This document shows positions 10,241-18,489 of a DNA stretch of 64,000 bases, in pieces (positions within the stretch are counted from its first letter, which is position 1; the number at the start of each line of letters is the position of its first letter). The notes beneath the pieces were generated by a model, which was given only the letters and a program-made list of their open reading frames with translations, did not search any database and had not been told where the DNA came from. Origin of the DNA: Minisyncoccota bacterium (lineage in GTDB: Bacteria; Patescibacteriota; Minisyncoccia; Phycocordibacterales; CAIJYI01); contig JALNYN010000002.1 in assembly GCA_023229825.1 (NCBI GenBank), positions 17,789 through 81,788 on the forward strand. Reading direction: 5' to 3'. The position numbers and the translations under genes are program-made.

Positions 10241-11588
10241 ACAATAGCGCCCGTATCTGTGACAGCTCCTCGACTAACACATCATCGTCTTTGATCGAGC
10301 TTTTTATTTTATCGCACGAATGTATTACGGTCGTATGGTCTCTTCCTCCGAATTTTTCTCCGATCGTCGGATAAGAAACAGTGAAGTCCTCGCGAAGAAG
10401 ATACATGGCTATCTGACGGGGTTTTACGATCTCTTTCCTCCTTGTTTTTTCATAGATCGCTGATTCGTCGATATGGTAGAATTCAGAAACGACCTTAATG
10501 ACATCCTTAATTGAAGCCGTCTTTTTGGGTATTATATTGTTTTTTATCAGAAGTTTGATCTCGGTTTGCTGGAGTTCCCTGTTTTTGAGCCTGGCTTGGC
10601 ATATAATGGAATTGATAATACCTTCCAGTTCCCGAATACTGCACTCGAGCGATTCGGCAATGAATTTTACGCTGTCATCGTTGAGAGAAAAGTTACTCGA
10701 TTGGATCTTTCTTCTGATGATCGCCATTCTTGATTCGTATTCGGGTGTCGTGATGTCCACGATCATTCCGGCGCCGAAACGCGATTTAAGGCGATCTTCC
10801 AGTCCATGGATGTGGTTCGGATGGCGATCGGATGAAAAGATGATCTGTTTATTGTTTTCGTAAAGAATATTAAAAAGATGGAAAAGTTCTTCTTGAGTCT
10901 TTTCTTTTCCTGAGAGGAACTGAATATCATCCATGATAAAAACATCGTATTTTCGATATTTTTCTTTAAAATCATGTACTCGGTTGTTCTGAACGGAGTT
11001 GATGTAGTCCATCGAAAATTTTTCCGATGTGATGTAGTAGATCTTTTTACCGGATTTTTCCTCTTTAAGCTTGTTTCCCACCGCCTGCGCGATATGTGTT
11101 TTTCCAAGTCCCACTCCCCCATGGATAAAAAGCGGGTTGTAGGTTTGACCGGGGTGCTTTACCACTGCTTGCGTGGCGGCATAGGCCAATTCATTGAATG
11201 ATCCGATGACGAGCGTGTCAAACGTATATCTTGGATTCAGATTATCTTCTTTATTTATATACAGGTCGCTCAAAGGAAGTTCTTGCACATAAGGCTGTCC
11301 GGTTCGCGAAGGAGATGAATCCTGGCTTTTTTCTTTCATGGTCGGCGTGACGATCACATATTCGACGCCTCGGACGCCTTCGGAAATATTCCGGAGCGTC
11401 TTTAATATAAACTTATCGTATTTTGAATACAGCCATTCTTTTACAAATTCGTTCGGCAAACCGACGTATACGATCCCATTTTCGTGTTTAATGATCCGAG
11501 TGTTTTTGAACCACGTACTGAAGTTTGCTCGCGAAACAGTGAGCTCTACCTCCGCTAAGACGCTATCCCAAAGTTGCTTATTATCCAT
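10239..11588 (-). CDS. dnaA: Chromosomal replication initiator DnaA
   Basis: LNPRYTFD, YNPLFIHGGVGLGKTH, DDIQF, TQEELFHLFN, RLKSRF, PRQIAMYL, GGRDHTTVIH. Confidence 0.98.
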   Translation of the reverse strand: MDNKQLWDSVLAEVELTVSRANFSTWFKNTRIIKHENGIVYVGLPNEFVKEWLYSKYDKFILKTLRNISEGVRGVEYVIVTPTMKEKSQDSSPSRTGQPYVQELPLSDLYINKEDNLNPRYTFDTLVIGSFNELAYAATQAVVKHPGQTYNPLFIHGGVGLGKTHIAQAVGNKLKEEKSGKKIYYITSEKFSMDYINSVQNNRVHDFKEKYRKYDVFIMDDIQFLSGKEKTQEELFHLFNILYENNKQIIFSSDRHPNHIHGLEDRLKSRFGAGMIVDITTPEYESRMAIIRRKIQSSNFSLNDDSVKFIAESLECSIRELEGIINSIICQARLKNRELQQTEIKLLIKNNIIPKKTASIKDVIKVVSEFYHIDESAIYEKTRRKEIVKPRQIAMYLLREDFTVSYPTIGEKFGGRDHTTVIHSCDKIKSSIKDDDVLVEELSQIRALL

Positions 11589-11664
11589 CTTCGGTTTTGA
11601 TATGATTAAACGTAATCATATTATACGCGCGAAGTGAAAAATAGAAAACTTGTTCAACCTCTAT

Positions 11665-11702
11665 TCATATGTTGATAAGATGTTTATAACTTGGGGATAA
11701 GA
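11665..11702. promoter_or_regulatory. DnaA-box-like cluster upstream of dnaA
   Basis: TGTTGATAA, TGTTTATAA and TGGGGATAA in tandem. Confidence 0.5.
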
Positions 11703-11757
11703 AATTTACCTGATCTTTAACTGGTGTTTCTTGAGAAAATAAGGATTCAATACTTGA

Positions 11758-11863
11758 ATAATTTTCAATTTACAATTTTTAATTTTCAAACACGGTTCGT
11801 TTAGGTTTGAAAATTTTTACTTGAAAATTCATTGAAAATTGAAAATTCGTACATTGAAAATTA
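11758..11863. repeat. Hairpin of 7-nt periodic repeats (AATTTTC / GAAAATT)
   Basis: aattttc-aatttac-aattttt-aattttc ... gaaaatt repeated several times. Confidence 0.7.
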
Positions 11864-11912
11864 TTTTTACAAAAAGCTTGATTTATCTAGAGTTTTGTTC
11901 TATACTCCCCAT

Positions 11913-12047
11913 ATGTCTCAAACATACCAACCTAAAAAGAGGAAAAGAGCTAAAACGCACGGTTTTCTCGTACGGACAAGAACCGTCGGAGGGCGCAATG
12001 TGTTGAAGCGCCGAAGACAGAAAGGACGCGCGAAGCTTGCTGTTTAG
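11913..12047 (+). CDS. rpmH: 50S ribosomal protein L34
   Basis: [42 protein letters not shown]; divergent from dnaA; TTGATT-17-TATACT promoter ends 6 nt before the ATG. Confidence 0.96.
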   Translation: MSQTYQPKKRKRAKTHGFLVRTRTVGGRNVLKRRRQKGRAKLAV

Positions 12048-12114
12048 CTTTTGTTTTACGAATAAAAAACAAAACCCCTTGTTTTTAGGGGTTTTTGTGA
12101 ATAAATAGCGAGTA

Positions 12115-12207
12115 AAATTTCCAATACCCAATTACCAATTTCCAATAAAATATCCAATGTTCAATAGTTAGTTTTTTTGGAAATTAGATATTTGATATTT
12201 GAAATTT
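12115..12207. repeat. Hairpin of 7-nt periodic repeats (TTCCAAT / TTGGAAA)
   Basis: tttccaat-acccaat-taccaat-ttccaat ... ttggaaa-ttagata-tttgata-tttgaaa. Confidence 0.7.
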
Positions 12208-12284
12208 TTTAGAAAATAGTGTGATATACTAAGTAATTAGTGATATATTCAACGAAATTTTAAATAATCACAATAAGTACCACT

Positions 12285-12629
12285 ATGTTCCCCAAGAAAA
12301 ATCGCATTTCAAAAAGAGAATTTGATGGACTGATGAAAAACGGCCGCGTTTTTCATTCCCCGTTTTTTTCCCTGCGCATTATGAGGGGCGGTAAGGATAT
12401 GTCTAAATTCGCGTTTGTTATCTCAAAAAAAGTGGCGAAAAATGCGGCAGACCGGAACAAACTGAAAAGAAGAGGATTTCACGCGCTGCGAGAAATCATT
12501 TTTACGCCAAAAATGGATATGAAAGGATATATGGCGGCCTTTTTCTATAAAAAAGAAGGAAAGAATATGGGGTTTGATGAAATAAGAGGAGAGATACAGG
12601 GATTGTTGAAGAAAAGCGGGGTTTTGTAA
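12285..12629 (+). CDS. rnpA: Ribonuclease P protein component
   Basis: MFPKKNRI..EFD; FAFVISKKVAKNAADRNKLKRR (RNR motif); follows rpmH. Confidence 0.93.
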   Translation: MFPKKNRISKREFDGLMKNGRVFHSPFFSLRIMRGGKDMSKFAFVISKKVAKNAADRNKLKRRGFHALREIIFTPKMDMKGYMAAFFYKKEGKNMGFDEIRGEIQGLLKKSGVL

Positions 12630-12634
12630 AAAAT

Positions 12635-12719
12635 GATTTACGGATTTAATGATTTATAGATTTAAGAATACGATATGGATCGTAAATCCGTAAATCCGTA
12701 AATCCTTAAATCTGTAAAA
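12635..12719. repeat. Hairpin of 8-nt periodic repeats (GATTTACG / CGTAAATC)
   Basis: gatttacg-gatttaat-gatttata-gatttaag ... cgtaaatc x3, cttaaatc; same unit as the tandem array at 61295. Confidence 0.8.
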
Positions 12720-12723
12720 TATT

Positions 12724-12951
12724 ATGAAATACTTCCTCCTCCACCTCATAAAGATCTATAAAAAGATATTTTCCCCTGATAAGGGTATATTTCGCCGCCG
12801 CATGCCAACCTGTGCCTTCTTCCCTACTTGCTCCGATTATGCCGAGGAAGCGATAAAAAAGCATGGTGCGGCAAAAGGATCATTATTGGCGTTCAGACGA
12901 ATCCTGCGCTGTCATCCGTGGCAAAGCGAGCATTTTGATCCGGTACCGTAA
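12724..12951 (+). CDS. yidD: Membrane protein insertion efficiency factor YidD
   Basis: CAFFPTCSDYAEEAIKKHGAAKG..RILRCHPW...DPVP. Confidence 0.93.
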   Translation: MKYFLLHLIKIYKKIFSPDKGIFRRRMPTCAFFPTCSDYAEEAIKKHGAAKGSLLAFRRILRCHPWQSEHFDPVP

Positions 12952-12971
12952 AAAAGTTTAAAGTAAAAAGT

Positions 12972-12998
12972 AAAACCGCCGGATATTCGGCGGTTTTG
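12972..12998. terminator. Bidirectional intrinsic terminator
   Basis: aaaaccgccg-gatatt-cggcggtttt between convergent genes. Confidence 0.75.
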
Positions 12999-13002
12999 TA
13001 AT

Positions 13003-13491
13003 TTATGGCGCGAGTTTTGAGGGAAATGGTATTCCGTCCGGACAAAAACTTAAATGATAATCCGTTCCGGAAATATCATAGTCTGTGTCGATCGGTACGG
13101 TAACCGCCACGAATAATCGGCAGGCCTCATGTCTTCCAACATCAAGAACATCCAATAAACCCTGTTCTGCTTGTTTCCTTGTGTTTTCAAGGTTTCCTCC
13201 AAGCAGCGATACAATAAAACTTTGACAGTACTCATCGACTTCGGGGCATTTTTGATTGGAATAGAATATGATCTGATAATCTTTCTCTTTTACTATGATC
13301 GCGTCATATTCTTTACTCAGGATTTGATCCTGGGGCAGATTAAATAAAAAGTTTTTGACGGAAACTTTTCCATGGTTCAGCGCATTGGGTTTCCCGATAT
13401 CCTTTGCTGAAACAAGAATTCTTCCCGTACAAGCCGACAGTGAAATTGCCACAAAAATGGCAAGTATCAGGTGTATAACATATTTCTTCAT
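13003..13491 (-). CDS. Lipoprotein, paralog of the 16722..17318 protein
   Basis: Lipobox LSAC; C-terminus AEQ...EACRLFVAVTVP...GTDYHLSFCPDGIPFP closely matches the paralog. Confidence 0.75.
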   Translation of the reverse strand: MKKYVIHLILAIFVAISLSACTGRILVSAKDIGKPNALNHGKVSVKNFLFNLPQDQILSKEYDAIIVKEKDYQIIFYSNQKCPEVDEYCQSFIVSLLGGNLENTRKQAEQGLLDVLDVGRHEACRLFVAVTVPIDTDYDISGTDYHLSFCPDGIPFPSKLAP

Positions 13492-13616
13492 TGCCTATTT
13501 CTCCAAGTAAATGAACTATATTTTGTCACTAAATTAACAAAATAATGAAGTATTGTCAAGTTTTCATGAACTGCTCACGCTTTTTACCAACCAAAAAATT
13601 TCCTTTTCGCCGCTGC

Positions 13617-13682
13617 ACCAAGGACTGTCCTTTCCCCGTCATTCCGCTACGCTCTATTCCTCCTTAAGGACAGTCCTTGGTT
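13617..13682. repeat. REP-like inverted repeat
   Basis: ccaaggactgtcctt ... aaggacagtccttgg, 15-bp perfect arms. Confidence 0.6.
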
Positions 13683-13818
13683 CCGCTATTTCTGCAGTAA
13701 AATTAGGAAATTTTAGGAGTATGAGCAGATACTTCATGAAGCGAAAAATTTGATTAATTTGATTATATATGCTATACTATATCAGGTTAAATTATGACCG
13801 GAAACAGGAGTTCTTTTT

Positions 13819-14250
13819 ATGAACGATATCGACAGAAGACAAGCAGAAGAAGACAGAAGAAAAGAATTGGAAAGACGCATCGCAGAGCTGGAAACGGAAA
13901 ATGGTGTTTTGCGTTCCCTTCTCGATAGAAGACAGCCGGAAGAAAGAAGACTGACGGTGGACGAAGGCGCGGGGTCTTATCTTTCGATGAGAAAGTGGAG
14001 CCTGATGGTTTTTATCTTATTTTTAGTCTTTGAAGAATGGGCTAGAACGAAGGGTAATTCCATTGTGAACACACTTGGGCCATATTCTCAGGATTACATG
14101 TTCTATGCGAACATTATGATCTATTCCCGTTTAGGGATCGCCGCCTCATTTCTTTGGGGTACCATCGGTTCCATTTTTCTTTACTTTAAAAGAAAGAGCA
14201 ATAAAAAATTAATAGCGGAAAACGAAAAAAAATATAAAGATCATTCGTGA
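13819..14250 (+). CDS. Hypothetical protein: coiled-coil N-terminus plus two TM helices
   Basis: 143-aa ORF with own TTGATT/TGcTATACT promoter and GGAG RBS; followed by hairpin cggcggaagg..ccttccgccg and a T-tract. Confidence 0.65.
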   Translation: MNDIDRRQAEEDRRKELERRIAELETENGVLRSLLDRRQPEERRLTVDEGAGSYLSMRKWSLMVFILFLVFEEWARTKGNSIVNTLGPYSQDYMFYANIMIYSRLGIAASFLWGTIGSIFLYFKRKSNKKLIAENEKKYKDHS

Positions 14251-14350
14251 TATTTGCACGGCGGAAGGTTCGACCTTCCGCCGTTTTTTTGCGACAGAAG
14301 TTGCTGTAGTACTCTTGTTATTCTTGCCATTTTCGCATACAATTAGCACT

Positions 14351-15061
14351 ATGCAAACAATATTTCACAACGTATTTTACCTTCCCATGTACAATTTCCT
14401 TGTTTTTTTGGTGGATATTTTACCCGGAGGTAATATTGGACTTGCGGTAATTATTCTCACGATCATCATTAAATTGGCCCTTTTTCCGCTTTCTCAAAAA
14501 TCCATTACCACACAGGCTAAAATGCGCAAGATCGAGCCGGAAATGAAAAAAATAAAGGAAAAACATAAGGATCAAAAAGAACAGGCTCAAAAAATCATGG
14601 AATTATATAAAGAACATGATCTCAATCCTTTTTCCGGTTGCTTTCTTATGCTGCTGCAGCTGCCCGTCATATTCGCGCTTTATTACGTTTTTCTTCAAGG
14701 GTTTAAATTTGATACCGCCTCACTGTATTCTTTCGTTACATTACCCGAAACGATAAATTCTCAATTCTTGGGGATCGATCTTTTTGGAAAAAGCGTTATT
14801 CTTGCTCTCATTGCCGGAGCCTCGCAGTATTATCAGCTTCGTTACGCGATGCCTGCCGTTACTCCGGTCGAGAAGGGTAAGAATCTCACTTTTCAGGAAG
14901 AATTCACGAGAAATATGACGCTTCAAATGAAGTATATTTTTCCCGTCATGGTATTTTTTATCGCCTATACGATATCATCAGCCATCGCGCTCTATTGGAT
15001 CGTCAGCAATCTCTTTGCTATCGCACAGGAATTGTACGTAAGAAAACAAGCTGCTAAATAA
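14351..15061 (+). CDS. yidC: YidC/Oxa1 membrane protein insertase (short form)
   Basis: GLAVIILTIIIKLALFPL, NPFSGCFLMLLQLPV, ALYWIVSNLF; position in the rnpA-yidD-yidC block. Confidence 0.94.
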   Translation: MQTIFHNVFYLPMYNFLVFLVDILPGGNIGLAVIILTIIIKLALFPLSQKSITTQAKMRKIEPEMKKIKEKHKDQKEQAQKIMELYKEHDLNPFSGCFLMLLQLPVIFALYYVFLQGFKFDTASLYSFVTLPETINSQFLGIDLFGKSVILALIAGASQYYQLRYAMPAVTPVEKGKNLTFQEEFTRNMTLQMKYIFPVMVFFIAYTISSAIALYWIVSNLFAIAQELYVRKQAAK

Positions 15062-15062
15062 G

Positions 15063-15092
15063 AAAAAAATCGACCACAGGGTCGATTTTTTT
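15063..15092. terminator. Bidirectional intrinsic terminator
   Basis: aaaaaaatcgacc-acag-ggtcgattttttt. Confidence 0.75.
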
Positions 15093-15098
15093 GAATTT

Positions 15099-15782
15099 CT
15101 ATCTCTGTATCGCTTTACAATCATCTAAAGCTGATCCCGTGAACACCAATGCCGCCTGACAGGTAACAATTGAGTCATAACAAGACGATACCGCTTGGGT
15201 TTGTATGTGAACGAAACAATATTTTGTGACGGTCGGTGCCGCAAAATCTCTCGCCTCACAGTTACTGCCTCCATAGCTCGCAGCCGCTTGGCATTGATCA
15301 GGCGTGTCAAAACACATATACGCCGAAAGGTTTCTGTTGTCGATGGTGTGTTTGCAGTATTTTGTCGTGTTGGTGGGTTGTTGCTGTTGTATTGTTTGTG
15401 ACGGAGCTAACTTTACCAAATTCAACCCTGTTCTCATAAGATCCGGATTGATGGTAACGATGATGACGGTTGATATCAGAAGAATCAATAGTCCGAATAT
15501 TGCCTCCCCCATCTTCTTTTTTCCCTCGGCTTTTGCGGAAGGGACGGCCGCAGTGACGTACCCGAGCGCTCCAATGATGATCATGATCACCGCCGCGATG
15601 ATGGCAAGACCTACTCCGGCGACAAAAACACCTTTCATGTATTCCACAAGCGTGGGGGTAGCGGATGTTGTCGGTATTGGGGCAAGAAGGGTGTATCCCG
15701 GATTTTGCGCAAAAGCGAAAAGCGGAGAAAAGAAATAGGCGCCGGGTATAAAATAGAAAATTGTTTTTTTTGCGTAATTCAT
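15099..15782 (-). CDS. VirB2/TrbC-like pilin fused to two Cys-rich repeats
   Basis: Signal peptide; AVIMIIIGALGYVTA...AKAEGKKKMGEAIFGLLILLIS..IIVTINPDL pilin; KYC...CF.T...CQAA....C repeated twice. Confidence 0.8.
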   Translation of the reverse strand: MNYAKKTIFYFIPGAYFFSPLFAFAQNPGYTLLAPIPTTSATPTLVEYMKGVFVAGVGLAIIAAVIMIIIGALGYVTAAVPSAKAEGKKKMGEAIFGLLILLISTVIIVTINPDLMRTGLNLVKLAPSQTIQQQQPTNTTKYCKHTIDNRNLSAYMCFDTPDQCQAAASYGGSNCEARDFAAPTVTKYCFVHIQTQAVSSCYDSIVTCQAALVFTGSALDDCKAIQR

Positions 15783-15814
15783 GATCGAGGATAAATATGG
15801 TAAGTATTTGTTTG

Positions 15815-16720
15815 TTATTTAACTAAAACATCCCAATGATCGCTTTCCATGGCATAAATTGCACCGCTCGGGGATTGATATTGCAGCGCTCCATCGCTTC
15901 TTCTTCCAATATTGGTATAGTTATCCATAATGTAATTTGAAACGGAACTTGTTGTCCTAAGGTCAACTTTATATCCGTTAGCATGACTGTAGGTGCCATC
16001 GGCATGACCGGGTTCGGAACCTGCCGTAACGACGATATCGGCCCCGGATTGCTGTTGAAGATTTAACACCTCGTGAAGAGTTGATTCGTTGACGCCCGCC
16101 AATATGGTTTGCGGCGGTTGTGCATTTACTGTGATATGGCCCGTATCGGTAAGCAGAGATCGGTTCGCTTGTTCATTGCCGGTTGATTGTTGTGTTCCCG
16201 TTTGTGTTTGCGGGGGCGGGTTTGTCGTGCAAGTGTATGACCGCTGCGGACCTTCACACTCCGCCAGAGTTGAGTAACAGGCATTATTAAGAACGCCGGT
16301 ACGGCAATACTGGGTCGCGGTTTGCTGCTGTTGCTGTGTTACCGATGTCGGAGCTAACTTTACCAAATTCAACCCTGTTCTCATAAGATCCGGATTGATG
16401 GTAACGATAATAACCGTCGATATCAGAAGAATCAATAGTCCGAATATTGCCTCCCCCATTTTCTTTTTACCTTCAGCTTTTGCGGAAGGGACGGCTGCTG
16501 TGACGTACCCGAGCGCTCCAACGATGATCATGATCACCGCCGCGATGATGGCAAGACCTACTCCGGCGACAAAAACACCTTTCAAATACTCTACGGCCGA
16601 TGGAGCCGCTGATGTTGTCGGTATTGGGGCAAGAAGTTTATATCCCCGTGCAAAAGCGAAAGTTGGGAAAAAAATACTTAAACAGGTAAAAAAGGTAAAG
16701 TAACTTTTTTTTCTTTTCAT
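15815..16720 (-). CDS. VirB2/TrbC-like pilin fused to an M15-type (Hedgehog/DD-peptidase fold) Zn peptidase
   Basis: Same pilin domain; C-terminal VVTAGSEPGH..GTYSHANGYKVDLR...ESDHWDV fits SHxxGxxxD...H Zn ligands; start chosen at ATG 16720. Confidence 0.78.
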   Translation of the reverse strand: MKRKKSYFTFFTCLSIFFPTFAFARGYKLLAPIPTTSAAPSAVEYLKGVFVAGVGLAIIAAVIMIIVGALGYVTAAVPSAKAEGKKKMGEAIFGLLILLISTVIIVTINPDLMRTGLNLVKLAPTSVTQQQQQTATQYCRTGVLNNACYSTLAECEGPQRSYTCTTNPPPQTQTGTQQSTGNEQANRSLLTDTGHITVNAQPPQTILAGVNESTLHEVLNLQQQSGADIVVTAGSEPGHADGTYSHANGYKVDLRTTSSVSNYIMDNYTNIGRRSDGALQYQSPSGAIYAMESDHWDVLVK

Positions 16721-16721
16721 A

Positions 16722-17318
16722 CTAATCATTGAGATTTTTTGGCAAAGGTATTCCGTTGGGGCAGAAACTGAGATGATAGTCTGTACCGGCAGCTTTTTCA
16801 CTTACGGTAAAAGGAACGGTAAGCGCGACGTAGAGTTTGCATGCATCCTCTTTTGTGATCTCCAGTTTATCCAGAAAAGCCTGCTCAGCTTCTTCTCTTG
16901 TGATATAAAGATCGCCGCCCTCCAAGCTGATGTAAAAACTCTGATACTTTGCGTAGAACATGAAACTGTAGTTTACTCCTTCTTTAACTACGGCGTCATT
17001 ATCTTTATCGATGATCCTTGTGTAAGGGCTGAGATAGAAATTTTTCATTGAGAGCGTTTCCCCTTCCATGGTGGTCACTTTTATATTTTCAGGCGATTCC
17101 GCTTTTTTGGGCGCTGTCGACGTGCTCGTTTCATCCGGTTTTGCGGCGGCTGGCTTAGGAGTGGATCCGTTATTTTTTTGACTTACCGGAAAAGTGGGGT
17201 AATTAGTGTCGGATGGCTGTACTTCCGGAGCGTTTTTTTGCATTTTCCAATAAATGAATCCGCCGATGATGAGGATAACCGCCAAAATGTTGAGGGTGAT
17301 AATGATCTTTTTATTCAT
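16722..17318 (-). CDS. Membrane-anchored extracellular protein, paralog of 13003..13491
   Basis: N-terminal TM helix, low-complexity linker, C-terminal AEQAFL..L.I...DACKLYVALTVP...GTDYHLSFCPNGIPLP. Confidence 0.75.
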   Translation of the reverse strand: MNKKIIITLNILAVILIIGGFIYWKMQKNAPEVQPSDTNYPTFPVSQKNNGSTPKPAAAKPDETSTSTAPKKAESPENIKVTTMEGETLSMKNFYLSPYTRIIDKDNDAVVKEGVNYSFMFYAKYQSFYISLEGGDLYITREEAEQAFLDKLEITKEDACKLYVALTVPFTVSEKAAGTDYHLSFCPNGIPLPKNLND

Positions 17319-17342
17319 AGAGATCGATATTAAAAACACTTA

Positions 17343-18287
17343 TTAACGCGTAAAACCGCACTTCGAGTTCGCTCCCCATTGACCCCAATGGTTGCCGCCA
17401 TTCGATATTTCTACCGCCTTGGCAATATTGATATCCGGGTCAGTCGCAGCTGAAACACACTTTTGATATTGAGATTGTTCTATTACTGTGCAATCGTAAT
17501 TCGGCGCGGAAAAAGGGTGTAAAGGGTCGGCTTTATGATACTTATAGAGACATATCAATCCTCCAAGATCGTGCATGGTAAGATTGACCTGAAAAAGACC
17601 GAATGAGAATGAATTTCCGTCTCGGCATCGGTCTACCCTGCTCGCCAGTGACGCGTTCCCTCCACTTTCCGCATTGCAGATGGATGATGCCTTTTCTGCG
17701 TTCGCTCCAAAATATTTTGTAAGCGCTTGAACACTGCAAGGCCCCGGAGTGGTGATAGGTTTGCATTGTCCGCTGCCTGCTCCACCGCCCCCGCCTCCTC
17801 CGCCTCCGCCACCACCAGAACCGCCGCCTCCTGTTCCGTTGCCATATGGGTTGTATACGATGGGCAGCGGTGGCGATGGTGGGAGTTTTGCGAGATCCAT
17901 TCCTGCGGTTAACAGATCAGGATTAAGGGTGAAGAGTAACAGATAGGAAAAAATTGCCACAAAAAGTCCGCCGATCGCTTCAAATATCTTTTTCTTTCCT
18001 TCAGATTTTGCTGATGGAACCGCCGCCATGACATACTGAATACCTCCTATAACTATCATTATGACAGCAAAAATGACTGACATGCCGACAAACAATACCA
18101 CCAGTCCTTTTATGTAGGTCGGGAAAGAAAGAGATCCCGCGTTTGAAATAGTCGGGATCTCTGCGAGTAATTCATACCCCCTTTGCGCGAATGTGCTTTT
18201 GGCGGATAATACAAAAGAATAAAGCAACACAAGGAGAGCCGGGAGGAAGATATAAACGATATTTTTTTTATTTTTCTGTGACATCAT
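17343..18287 (-). CDS. VirB2/TrbC-like pilin fused through a poly-Gly linker to a lytic transglycosylase (SLT/lysozyme-like) domain
   Basis: Pilin (VIMIVIGGIQYV...EGKKKI.EAIGGL...TLNPDL); GGGG linker; ICNAESGGN, FGLFQVN, DPDINIAKA, WGQW motifs. Confidence 0.82.
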   Translation of the reverse strand: MMSQKNKKNIVYIFLPALLVLLYSFVLSAKSTFAQRGYELLAEIPTISNAGSLSFPTYIKGLVVLFVGMSVIFAVIMIVIGGIQYVMAAVPSAKSEGKKKIFEAIGGLFVAIFSYLLLFTLNPDLLTAGMDLAKLPPSPPLPIVYNPYGNGTGGGGSGGGGGGGGGGGGAGSGQCKPITTPGPCSVQALTKYFGANAEKASSICNAESGGNASLASRVDRCRDGNSFSFGLFQVNLTMHDLGGLICLYKYHKADPLHPFSAPNYDCTVIEQSQYQKCVSAATDPDINIAKAVEISNGGNHWGQWGANSKCGFTR

Positions 18288-18307
18288 ATTTTCGGCTTCA
18301 CCGGCTG

Positions 18308-18437
18308 ATTTTAAGTTAAAATTTAAAATGAAAAACTAAAAACGACAAGGTAAAATTAAAAAGACCACAAAACACTATTTGGAAATAATTTTTCCTTTTT
18401 AATTGTCGTTTTTAGTTTTTCATTTTTCAATTTTAAT
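18308..18437. repeat. Hairpin of A-rich 7-nt periodic repeats
   Basis: ttaaaat-ttaaaat-gaaaaac-taaaaac-gacaagg-taaaatt ... ttgtcg-tttttag-tttttca; same family at 23923, 24927, 25484 and 33284. Confidence 0.75.
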
Positions 18438-18489
18438 TGAATAAACATTAAACAAGATCTATTTGTGTAAGCAGGTATGATTCTCGTCC

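Noticed and set aside
17774-17835. GC-rich CCG/CCT repeat tract as a DNA element
   Set aside because: Encodes the poly-Gly linker of the pilin-SLT fusion
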